The notes under the pieces: generated by a model
Told to the model about the DNA's origin: nothing
Seen by the model: only the letters and a program-made list of their open reading frames with translations
Database searches by the model: none
Shown here: piece after piece, positions 8,762 to 16,628 of the stretch
How positions within the stretch are numbered: position 1 is the stretch's first letter
Layout: every line of letters begins with the position of its first letter
Origin: an uncultured Prolixibacteraceae bacterium
GTDB taxonomy: Bacteria; Bacteroidota; Bacteroidia; Bacteroidales; FEN-979
Length of the DNA: 64,000 nt
Assembly (NCBI GenBank): GCA_964605775.1
Contig: CAZSDU010000011.1
Span: 1,228 to 65,227 of the forward strand
Reading direction: 5' to 3'
Program-made: the position numbers and the translations under genes

Positions 8762-8782
8762 GGGTTTGGGTGTGGGTGTGGG
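8762..8782 (+). other. Canonical G-quadruplex motif (G3N3)3G3 within a GTGTGG-like hexamer tract
   Basis: GGGtttGGGtgtGGGtgtGGG at 8762-8782, inside gtgtgggtttgggtgtgggtgtgggtgtg (8758-8786). It lies 12-32 nt upstream of the tRNA-Leu 5' end, on the strand opposite the tRNA sense strand. Confidence 0.6.
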
Positions 8783-8926
8783 TGTGAAACATTTTGCAAA
8801 GTTAGTAATTCCTTCAAACCAAAAAAACATTATAAATTACGAATGCAACTTCCACATTCTCAACTCATCCCTCCTCATTCCTTATTCTTAATTCCTAATT
8901 CTCTTGCGCATCCCCTAATTATGATT

Positions 8927-8934
8927 TATCTTTG
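8927..8934 (+). promoter_or_regulatory. Bacteroidota -7 promoter box (TAnnTTTG) for prs
   Basis: TATCTTTG at 8927-8934, 24 nt upstream of the prs ATG at 8959. Confidence 0.4.
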
Positions 8935-8958
8935 ACCTCCAATAAATTCCCTCCTCTT

Positions 8959-9891
8959 ATGGCAGCAAAAGTGAATATCTTTTCAGGTCAGGCTACCACC
9001 TACCTGGCTGAGAAAATTGCACTAAGTTATGGAGCCGAACTGGGAAAAGTCACCGTCGTGAAATTTGCCGATGGTGAATTCCAGCCCTCCTATGATGATA
9101 ACATACGGGGTACCGATGTTTTCCTGGTGCAAAGCACTTATGCTCCATCCGATAACCTCATGGAACTTCTGATGCTTATCGATGCGGCACGTCGTGCTTC
9201 AGCCCGTTCGATTGTCGCTGTTATCCCCTATTTTGGCTATGCCCGCCAGGACCGCAAAGACAAACCCCGTGTTTCCATTGCTTCCAAACTTGTTGCCAAT
9301 CTCCTTTCCGCGGCAGGCGTTAACCGTATCATTGCCCTCGACTTACATGCCGACCAAATTCAAGGATTTTTTGATGTCCCCGTAGACCATCTCTTTGCCT
9401 CTTCCGTTTTCATTCCCTACCTCAAATCCCTTCATCTTCCCGAATTGATTTTTGCCTCCCCTGACACCGGAGGAACCCGAAGGGCGGGATCTTATGCCAA
9501 AGCATTCCATACCAACTTCGTGATCTGCTATAAACACCGCTCTAAGCCCAATGAGGTAGAGAAAATGGCACTGGTCGGAGATGTAAAAGGTAAAAATGTC
9601 ATCCTCCTTGATGATATCGTTGATACCGGTGGAACCCTGTGCAAAGCCGCTGAAATCATTATGGGAAATGGAGCCGAATCTGTCAGAGCCATGGTTACCC
9701 ACCCCTTGTTATCGGGTCATAGCAACGAAAATATTGAAAAATCAAAACTCACTGAATTGATCGTGACCGACACCATCCCCCTCCATTGTGAAAGCCCGAA
9801 GATCAAAGTCCTCAGTACCGCCGACCTCTTTGCAGAAGTGATCCGGCGCTTAAGGAAAAAGGAGTCAATCTCCTCTCTTTTCAAACAATAA
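8959..9891 (+). CDS. prs: Ribose-phosphate pyrophosphokinase
   Basis: MAAKVNIFSGQATTYLAEKIA...VVKFADGE, ....AVIPYFGYARQDRK, DLHADQIQGFFDVPVDHL and the PRPP-binding loop VILLDDIVDTGGTL. The ATG at 8959 is preferred over the tracked TTG at 8932, which lies inside the promoter box. Confidence 0.95.
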   Translation: MAAKVNIFSGQATTYLAEKIALSYGAELGKVTVVKFADGEFQPSYDDNIRGTDVFLVQSTYAPSDNLMELLMLIDAARRASARSIVAVIPYFGYARQDRKDKPRVSIASKLVANLLSAAGVNRIIALDLHADQIQGFFDVPVDHLFASSVFIPYLKSLHLPELIFASPDTGGTRRAGSYAKAFHTNFVICYKHRSKPNEVEKMALVGDVKGKNVILLDDIVDTGGTLCKAAEIIMGNGAESVRAMVTHPLLSGHSNENIEKSKLTELIVTDTIPLHCESPKIKVLSTADLFAEVIRRLRKKESISSLFKQ

Positions 9892-9903
9892 AGAAATTTT
9901 TTC

Positions 9904-9911
9904 TATCTTTG
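9904..9911 (+). promoter_or_regulatory. Bacteroidota -7 promoter box (TAnnTTTG) for rplY-pth
   Basis: TATCTTTG at 9904-9911, identical to the prs box. It predicts a ~130-nt leader ahead of the ATG at 10045. Confidence 0.45.
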
Positions 9912-9931
9912 CAGCCCGAAAAAAGCTAGCG

Positions 9932-10013
9932 AGCTGGTAAGTTCGTGAGTTGGCGAGTAGAAATTAATAGAACTTTTAACTCACCAGTTCACCAACTCAC
10001 AAACTCACCAGCT
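9932..10013 (+). promoter_or_regulatory. Long hairpin in the rplY (L25/Ctc) 5' leader
   Basis: AGCTGGTAAGTTCGTGAGTTGG (9932-9953) pairs with CCAACTCACAAACTCACCAGCT (9992-10013) at 20 of 22 positions. The inner CGAGT/ACTCA can extend the stem. The 3' arm is built from ACTCACCA-like units. Confidence 0.5.
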
Positions 10014-10044
10014 AAATTGAATTATTAACCTAAATAAAAAAACT

Positions 10045-10674
10045 ATGAAATCGGTATCATTGAGCGGTTCTCTTCGCGGGAACGTAGGGAAAAAAGATGC
10101 CAAGAAACAGCGCCGTGAAGGCAATGTACCTTGCGTAATGTATGGCGGTAAAGATCAAATTCACTTTGCGGCCAGCGAAAAAATCCTGAGCAAACTCCTG
10201 CATACTCCGGAAGCTCATATTATTAAATTAACTGTTGACGGTAAGGAATACGACACCATCATGCAGGATGTTCAGTATCATCCGGTAACCGACCGTCTCC
10301 TTCATGTTGATCTGTTGCAGATCCTCCCCGGAAAACCGGTGACCATTGCTGTCCCCGTGAAACTCAGCGGCACTGCCCCTGGCGTTCTTCGTGGCGGCAA
10401 ACTCATTAAAAAATTGCGTAAACTAAAGATCAGCGCTTTGTCGGAGAACCTTCCGGATGATATGACGGTAAGCATCGAAGGACTGGAAATCGGAGATTCC
10501 GTGAAAGTTTCCCAGTTAACCCTGGAAAATGTTACCTTCCTGGATGCCCCTTCAACGGTGATCGTTGGTGTTCGCACTGCACGAGCCGTGGTAGAAGAAG
10601 TTGCCCCGGGTGCTGAAGGCGCTGCTCCTGAAGGCACTGCCGCTGAAGGAGAAAAGAAAGAAGAAGGAAAATAA
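10045..10674 (+). CDS. rplY: 50S ribosomal protein L25/general stress protein Ctc
   Basis: GKKDAKKQRREGNVPCVMYGG.....F........L......II.L.VDGKEY..IMQDVQYHPVTD.LLHVDL, with an acidic/Ala-rich C-terminal tail. Confidence 0.95.
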   Translation: MKSVSLSGSLRGNVGKKDAKKQRREGNVPCVMYGGKDQIHFAASEKILSKLLHTPEAHIIKLTVDGKEYDTIMQDVQYHPVTDRLLHVDLLQILPGKPVTIAVPVKLSGTAPGVLRGGKLIKKLRKLKISALSENLPDDMTVSIEGLEIGDSVKVSQLTLENVTFLDAPSTVIVGVRTARAVVEEVAPGAEGAAPEGTAAEGEKKEEGK

Positions 10675-10677
10675 TCC

Positions 10678-11247
10678 TTGAAATACCTTATTGTCGGACT
10701 CGGCAACATCGGTGACGAGTATTCGAATACACGCCACAACATCGGCTTTATTGCTGCCGATGCTGTGGCGTTTTCATTGAAATCCTCCTTTACTCCCGAC
10801 CGTTATGCCTCGGTCGCCCGGATGTCGCTGAAAGGGCGTCAACTCGTGGTGATCAAACCAACGACTTATATGAACCTAAGCGGAAAAGCCGTGCGTTACT
10901 GGATGCAAAGAGAAGACATTCCCAAAGAAAACATCCTGGTGATCGTAGATGATCTTGCCCTCCCGTTGGGAAGCCTTCGCTTACGTGCCAAGGGCAGTGA
11001 TGGCGGGCACAACGGCCTGATCAGCATCATCGAGACCATACAGACTAATGATTTCGCGCGCCTTCGTATCGGTATCGGCAACGACTTTGCCAAAGGTTAC
11101 CAGGTGGACTATGTTCTCGGAAGATGGACACAGGAAGAAGAGAAAGTATTGCTCCCCCGTATAGAAATGACGGTTGACCTGGTGAAAAACTTCGTGCTCA
11201 TCGGTATCGAACGAACCATGAATGTGTTTAATACGAAGGGGAAATAG
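10678..11247 (+). CDS. pth: Peptidyl-tRNA hydrolase
   Basis: TTG start. KYLIVGLGNIGDEYSNTRHNIGF, PTTYMNLSG, IVDDLALPLG.LRLR.KGSDGGHNGL. Sits 3 nt after rplY, the classic prs-ctc-pth arrangement. Confidence 0.95.
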   Translation: MKYLIVGLGNIGDEYSNTRHNIGFIAADAVAFSLKSSFTPDRYASVARMSLKGRQLVVIKPTTYMNLSGKAVRYWMQREDIPKENILVIVDDLALPLGSLRLRAKGSDGGHNGLISIIETIQTNDFARLRIGIGNDFAKGYQVDYVLGRWTQEEEKVLLPRIEMTVDLVKNFVLIGIERTMNVFNTKGK

Positions 11248-11278
11248 ATCAAGTGGGAATAAAGGAACAGGGTGATCT

Positions 11279-12067
11279 TCAGACCCACCCCATCAGCCAG
11301 TAATAAATGATGGCAAACCATTCCCTGATCACCAGCAATTCATATTTCATCTGCGACCAGAACTGGTAGCGAAGGGTGATGTTTTCCCCGGCATCAGGTA
11401 TGAATTTCCGGCCTCCGAGTTTCCTTGAATTAAAGCTGATATCTGATTCTATGGCCTGTTCAAAAGCAGCTAGCCCATCCACTTTAATAAATCCAGCTTT
11501 TTTAAAAGTTTTCACGGCACGGTAAAGATGCTCAGGGGAAGTCACAATTAAAATGGACGATTTGCGATTTACGGTTGTTGATTGAATTGGTGATTGTTGA
11601 TTGATAATGTTCGTCAGATATTGTGATGTTGAATCCGTCAATCCCAAATCGTCAATCGTCATTAGTTTCTGAATATTTATTGCTTGTGCACGGGTATTTG
11701 TGCCAGTGTTTTCCAGCATGATCCTTTCCGGGGCTATCCCGCGCAGGATCAACTCTTTTTTCATCAGTTGAATTGAACTCAGACTGTCCCGGATATCTCC
11801 CGGCAGGGCCACAATGATTTTCGAAGGCATGAAATAATTTCCGGCAATGGCCGCGTAATAACAACGAATCAGTCCGGACTCACTGGGCATTCCGCCTCCA
11901 CCCATCAGCACGATATAATCGGGAGGACGGTGAATGCCACAATACTTTGTCCCCAGTCCGTACCATATCCAGAAAGGGGCTGATGTGAAAGCCAGTATGA
12001 TCATCAGCATGGCTATCGCCCCGGTGGAGAGAAGCCAGATTTTAAGTATTTTCCAAAGTCTTTTCAC
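11279..12067 (-). CDS. YdcF/ElyC/SanA-type DUF218 domain membrane protein
   Basis: N-terminal TM helix, DYIVLMGGGG motif, TNTRAQA, and ILIVTSPEHLYRAVKTFKKAG. Contains a low-complexity insertion (TIDDLGLTDSTSQYLTNIINQQSPIQSTT). The GTG start overlaps the glyQS stop (GTGA). Confidence 0.75.
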   Translation of the reverse strand: MKRLWKILKIWLLSTGAIAMLMIILAFTSAPFWIWYGLGTKYCGIHRPPDYIVLMGGGGMPSESGLIRCYYAAIAGNYFMPSKIIVALPGDIRDSLSSIQLMKKELILRGIAPERIMLENTGTNTRAQAINIQKLMTIDDLGLTDSTSQYLTNIINQQSPIQSTTVNRKSSILIVTSPEHLYRAVKTFKKAGFIKVDGLAAFEQAIESDISFNSRKLGGRKFIPDAGENITLRYQFWSQMKYELLVIREWFAIIYYWLMGWV

Positions 12068-13587
12068 TTTTTCGCCAACTTATCCTTTACTATCCCTTCA
12101 ATGTCTGCAATGGAAACCCTTTCCTGACACATCGTATCGCGATCGCGCAGGGTCACGGTATCATCCTGCATTGTCTGGTGATCGACAGTAATACAATAAG
12201 GTGTCCCGATGGCATCCATGCGGCGGTATCGGCGGCCAATGGTGTCTTTTTCTTCATAGAAACAACGAAAACCGTATCTGGTCTTGTTCATGATTTCCCT
12301 TGCTTTTTCAGGCAATCCGTCTTTCTTTATCAACGGTAAAATGGCCAGTTTAATGGGCGCCAGCTTTGGCGGAATACCCAGAACCACACGTTCACTTCCG
12401 TCTTCGAGTTTTTCTTCCCGAAATGCATCACTCAGAATGGCCAGGAAGGTACGGTCGAGACCTATGGAAGTTTCCACAACATAGGGGGTGTAACCCTCAT
12501 TGTTTTCCGTGTCAAAGTACTGGATCTTGCGCCCCGAATGCGTCTGGTGGGCACTCAGGTCGAAATCGGTGCGACTGTGAATACCTTCCAGTTCCTTAAA
12601 TCCAATCGGGAAATCGAATTCAATATCGGCAGCAGCATTGGCATAATGCGCCAGCTTATCATGGTTATGAAAGCGGTATTTTGATGCGGGTATGCCCAGG
12701 GAAAGATGCCATTTCATGCGTTCTTCCTTCCAGTATTCATACCATCGAAGTTCTTCTCCCGGTTTAACAAAAAACTGCATTTCCATCTGTTCGAATTCCC
12801 TCATGCGGAAAAGGAACTGACGTGCCACGATTTCATTGCGGAAGGCCTTCCCGATTTGGGCGATCCCAAAGGGAATCTTCATACGGGCTGATTTCTGAAC
12901 ATTCAAAAAGTTGACAAAGATGCCCTGTGCTGTTTCCGGTCTGAGAAAAATCTCATTGGAATCTTCATTCACCGATCCCATCTGGGTTGAAAACATCAGG
13001 TTGAACTGACGCACATCGGTCCAGTTTTTTGTCCCTGAAACCGGACAAACGATACCAGCGTCTTCGATCACAGCCCTGACTTCATCCAAATTATTGCGTT
13101 CCAATGCGGAAAAAAAACGAGTTTTCACTATATCTTTTTTTTCCTGGTATTCTTTTACCCTGGGGTTGGTTTCCCTGTACATCTTTTCGTTGAAGCTTTC
13201 TCCAAAACGCAAGCGGGCTTTTTCAACTTCTTTCTGAATCTTGTCTTCTATTTTTTGAATGTGATCTTCGATCAGGACATCTGCACGGTAACGTTTTTTT
13301 GAGTCTTTGTTATCGATCATGGGATCATTAAACGCATCCACATGCCCTGAAGCCTTCCACACAGTCGGATGCATAAAAATAGCGGAATCGAGTCCGACGA
13401 TGTTTTCATGAAAACGGGTCATCGAATTCCACCAGTATTCTTTAATGTTGTTTTTTAATTCAACCCCAAAGGGACCGTAATCATAAACCGCGCTTAATCC
13501 GTCATAAATTTCACTTGAAGGAAATACAAATCCGTATTCCTTTGCATGGGAAATGATTTTTTTAAAAAGCTCTTCGTTGGAGGCCAT
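12064..13587 (-). CDS. glyQS: Glycine--tRNA ligase (alpha2 dimeric type)
   Basis: MASNEELFKKIISHAKEYGFVFPSSEIYDGLSAVYDYGPFGVELKNNIK..WW, FRNEI.AR....R.REF.Q.E.QFF, and C-terminal anticodon-binding region LAPIK.AILPL. The start at 13587 (MASNEE) is preferred over the tracked start at 13638. Confidence 0.95.
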   Translation of the reverse strand: MASNEELFKKIISHAKEYGFVFPSSEIYDGLSAVYDYGPFGVELKNNIKEYWWNSMTRFHENIVGLDSAIFMHPTVWKASGHVDAFNDPMIDNKDSKKRYRADVLIEDHIQKIEDKIQKEVEKARLRFGESFNEKMYRETNPRVKEYQEKKDIVKTRFFSALERNNLDEVRAVIEDAGIVCPVSGTKNWTDVRQFNLMFSTQMGSVNEDSNEIFLRPETAQGIFVNFLNVQKSARMKIPFGIAQIGKAFRNEIVARQFLFRMREFEQMEMQFFVKPGEELRWYEYWKEERMKWHLSLGIPASKYRFHNHDKLAHYANAAADIEFDFPIGFKELEGIHSRTDFDLSAHQTHSGRKIQYFDTENNEGYTPYVVETSIGLDRTFLAILSDAFREEKLEDGSERVVLGIPPKLAPIKLAILPLIKKDGLPEKAREIMNKTRYGFRCFYEEKDTIGRRYRRMDAIGTPYCITVDHQTMQDDTVTLRDRDTMCQERVSIADIEGIVKDKLAKK

Positions 13588-13634
13588 CGTAAGGGTATTT
13601 TGGGCTGCGAAGATAAGAAATTTGCTCCTTAGGT

Positions 13635-14312
13635 TCACTCATCGCGGATACACCTTACTGAAAGGGCGCTTGGCATATACTCTTCATAAAGATCAATATG
13701 ACTGGTTTTATAACTCAGGGTCACGCCCACTGCCGTAGTTTCCGATATTGTTTCGGACGACCAAAAATAACCTCCGGCATTCTGATCATGCCATTGTTGT
13801 GCCATCTGGTCCAGGTATCCGCCGGGCAAAGCCATAAACCCACTGCTGTTGGTGGCTCCTACATTAGGTGTGACCCAACCGTTGGATCCTGTATATTTCA
13901 TTTTCCCTCCCGCCATATTTTCACCTCCCAGAAAGCGTACCAGGGTTTTCCAGTCCTCGCTGGAAGGAATATGCCATCCCGGAGGACATATCCCCCGGGC
14001 TTTTTCCGTTCGCACATACTGCATCATTTCATCCCACTGATACAATCCTCCCCACTGGTCACAATTGACAAAATCATTCCCGTAACAGTACTTTTCAAGC
14101 ACACCGTTGTTTGTCTGCGTTTGCTGCTGACTTTCATCGGTCCATTTTCCGATATTCAGGTTATCCTTCATCCAGCATTGGGTTCCTATCCTCACGGTAT
14201 GGTAAGTTTGACCGCCATAGTCAAGCATCCCGCAGGAAGTGCTGTCTTTTTTCTGAGCCTCAACCCCAATCAGGGTTAAAACCAGGTATCCAGAAAGAAT
14301 AGTTTTTTTCAT
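13635..14312 (-). CDS. FISUMP (Fibrobacter succinogenes major paralogous) domain protein
   Basis: Signal peptide, then YGGQTYHTVRIGTQCWMKDNLN, GGLYQW, CPPGWHIPSSEDWKTL, GGY and YFWSS. This is the TIGR02145-type pattern. Confidence 0.8.
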   Translation of the reverse strand: MKKTILSGYLVLTLIGVEAQKKDSTSCGMLDYGGQTYHTVRIGTQCWMKDNLNIGKWTDESQQQTQTNNGVLEKYCYGNDFVNCDQWGGLYQWDEMMQYVRTEKARGICPPGWHIPSSEDWKTLVRFLGGENMAGGKMKYTGSNGWVTPNVGATNSSGFMALPGGYLDQMAQQWHDQNAGGYFWSSETISETTAVGVTLSYKTSHIDLYEEYMPSALSVRCIRDE

Positions 14313-14352
14313 TACAGCGCTGTTTACACAAAAATAAATAAAATTGCGATCA

Positions 14353-16095
14353 TTATAATTCCGGTATATGTAGTTCTTTCATGGTAATAAATTCGAATTT
14401 TTCGTTTTCGATAAAAACCATAATGGCTTTTTCTATTTGTTTTAGGGAACATGACATGTGGCGTGATTTGGCAATATGGAAGAGGGTAATGGCTTTCTCT
14501 GATCCATCGCCCCGCTGAAAATTCACTACTTCATCCGGAAGGGCAAGCCGGTTGCCGTCATAGATGGACTCATCCGGCCAGCGCTGAAGGCAGTGAAAGG
14601 CAGCAGACAGATCCATGTTTATAAAACGATCAAGGGCCACAGGGTTGCGTTCAAAAGCCGCCATGAGGAAAGGTTCCCACTTGCAGGTATCCATGTAACG
14701 GCCGGCATAGAAGGCGAGGTCGGCAATCCATGCTGCGGAATGCAGGTTGCAGGATGCAGGATCAGATTTTCCGGATGGTTGACGAAGGGAAGAAAGGTAT
14801 TGGATGATTTCCTCCCTGGTATCGGCTGGAGAGATGTTTAACTCGTTACATCCTGAGCTCCCCATCTCACCCGCATTCATATATGTCTTATTCCCGGGAG
14901 GCAGTTTGGGAATAAGGTGGACAAATTGTTTGAGGTCGGTGAAAAAATCTTGCTGGTCTTGCAGTTCCGGATATCTTTGTTTTAATGAAGCGACGAACTC
15001 CTGGTATGTTTTTTTTTGGAAAAGGTCCTCATCAGGTGCAAGAAGAAAGCGGGAGTCAATGGGATTAAGACTGAGGTCTTCTTCATCCATTTCGCATAAT
15101 AGTTTTCTGCTGGTTTTATCTCCCAGGCGGTTTTTACTGCCATGTTCATAGCCAAAGGCTTGTTCAAGGCGGATATACTTATATGAACCCTGACACAAAA
15201 AGCAGATCTGAAAATGTTTCTGGTATCGCCTGTAATGGCGAAAGAAATTCATAAAAATCTCAAAATCAATTTCTGTTTCCAGATATTTTGTCAGTTTTTC
15301 CCGAAAACATCTATATTTATCTGGAGAAATGGTCGCTTCGGGGTAAAAGGAATGTATGTATCCGGAGCAGTGTGAAACCATGGTTATTTGCTCATGTTCA
15401 AGGGCACGGCGTGCCAGGGCGGAAAGTTCGGTCCCGTTAAACCACATGGATTTTGTCACGATGCGACGATTATTCGTCAGAATACCATCATCAAGCAGAA
15501 TAAAATTCTGAGCGTGTAACGGAGTTCCCATCAAAAATATCTTTTCAAGTGGAATTCCTGCCACGATAAACAATGCAGCGGCATAAAGACAGGCCAGGGA
15601 AACACATTCCCCTGCTCCGATCTCATGATTTTCTTTATACCGGAAAGCATTCATAGCCTCAATGGTTTCTGTTTTCCAGTATGGAATAATATCCGTATCG
15701 TATTTATCCAACCCGAAATGCCTGCGGATATCCATGTCGAAATAATATTTATCCCCCTCGTAGCCAAACAAAGCATTGGATCTGGAAAGCATATCCATAT
15801 CCACAAAATCAGAAAAACGGTTTATTTCTGTTTGCTTATCCGTCAACCCCCAGGTTTCCAGGTCGAGGTTAAACCCATAATGATCCATGATATATTGTTT
15901 AATCCGCTGGACTTTTTTCAGGGGGCTCATTTTCATCACCCCCTTAAACCATGGGTCATTCCGCCATTTCCAGATTTCCGGAGACATGATATTGGCCAAT
16001 ACCAAAGAATAGAGAAGTTCGGGAAAGATAAAAATCTCCATATCCGAAAGAGTAAAAGCCGAAGAGTATTTTTCAAGGATTTTCTTATCCATCAT
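14353..16095 (-). CDS. Hypothetical 580-aa protein with a transglutaminase-like cysteine-protease core
   Basis: Candidate Cys-His-Asp core GAGECVSLACLYAAALFIVAGIP-x14-TPLHAQNFILLDDG. No other family was recognised. The start MMDKK at 16095 is preferred because the tracked start at 16221 would overlap the divergent gene and its promoter. Confidence 0.6.
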   Translation of the reverse strand: MMDKKILEKYSSAFTLSDMEIFIFPELLYSLVLANIMSPEIWKWRNDPWFKGVMKMSPLKKVQRIKQYIMDHYGFNLDLETWGLTDKQTEINRFSDFVDMDMLSRSNALFGYEGDKYYFDMDIRRHFGLDKYDTDIIPYWKTETIEAMNAFRYKENHEIGAGECVSLACLYAAALFIVAGIPLEKIFLMGTPLHAQNFILLDDGILTNNRRIVTKSMWFNGTELSALARRALEHEQITMVSHCSGYIHSFYPEATISPDKYRCFREKLTKYLETEIDFEIFMNFFRHYRRYQKHFQICFLCQGSYKYIRLEQAFGYEHGSKNRLGDKTSRKLLCEMDEEDLSLNPIDSRFLLAPDEDLFQKKTYQEFVASLKQRYPELQDQQDFFTDLKQFVHLIPKLPPGNKTYMNAGEMGSSGCNELNISPADTREEIIQYLSSLRQPSGKSDPASCNLHSAAWIADLAFYAGRYMDTCKWEPFLMAAFERNPVALDRFINMDLSAAFHCLQRWPDESIYDGNRLALPDEVVNFQRGDGSEKAITLFHIAKSRHMSCSLKQIEKAIMVFIENEKFEFITMKELHIPEL

Positions 16096-16099
16096 GTTG

Positions 16100-16142
16100 C
16101 AAAGATAAGTAGTTTGAAAATATCGGAAATATCTTAAATTTG
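16100..16142. promoter_or_regulatory. Divergent pair of TAnnTTTG -7 boxes in a 60-bp intergenic region
   Basis: Plus strand: TTTG at 16113-16116 and TAAATTTG at 16135-16142, with 18-nt spacing, 13 nt before the ATG at 16156. Minus strand: TATCTTTG (complement of 16100-16107), only 4 nt before the ATG at 16095. Confidence 0.45.
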
Positions 16143-16155
16143 TAAGGTTAAAATA

Positions 16156-16623
16156 ATGCTCATGCATTTTTCCGGGGGAGAGATCATCGCTATTGCTGTT
16201 CGGATCGAAGAAAATGGTCATGCGTTTTATTCGGCTGCCGCTGAATTATTTCAGTATCCCCATGACTGCAAAAATCTTTTTCTCGACCTGGCTGAAAAAG
16301 AAGTGATGCATATTGCCATTTGCCAGAAGCTGGCAGAACTTTTTAAATTGGAAATTCCGGAAATAAGCAAAGACGAACCCTCTGACTCCCTCTATCGACT
16401 GTCTGAAATCCATATTTTCGGAGAAAAAGACTCCGGTTTGCAACGGATAAAAACCATTCAGACCCCGAAACAAGCTTTAGAAATTGCTTATCAGTTTGAA
16501 ATCGACTGTGTTTCTTTTTATACTGAGCTTGCCAAACGGACGCGCTTTGATTCCAGGCGCCTGATACGGCAAATCATACAGGAGGAGAAAGAGCATGCCG
16601 CAGAGATCAAGCGTTTTTTATAA
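16156..16623 (+). CDS. Ferritin-like diiron (rubrerythrin-family) domain protein
   Basis: Four-helix pattern with two E...ExxH pairs: IEENGHAFY / LAEKEVMHI and YQFEIDCVSFY / QEEKEHAAEI. Confidence 0.75.
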   Translation: MLMHFSGGEIIAIAVRIEENGHAFYSAAAELFQYPHDCKNLFLDLAEKEVMHIAICQKLAELFKLEIPEISKDEPSDSLYRLSEIHIFGEKDSGLQRIKTIQTPKQALEIAYQFEIDCVSFYTELAKRTRFDSRRLIRQIIQEEKEHAAEIKRFL

Positions 16624-16628
16624 GTTTA

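Noticed and set aside
8576-8935. Tracked 119-aa plus-strand ORF
   Set aside because: It runs straight across the tRNA-Leu gene, the G-quadruplex/GTGTGG tract (translated as CGFGCGCGC) and the prs promoter. It has no protein-like features.
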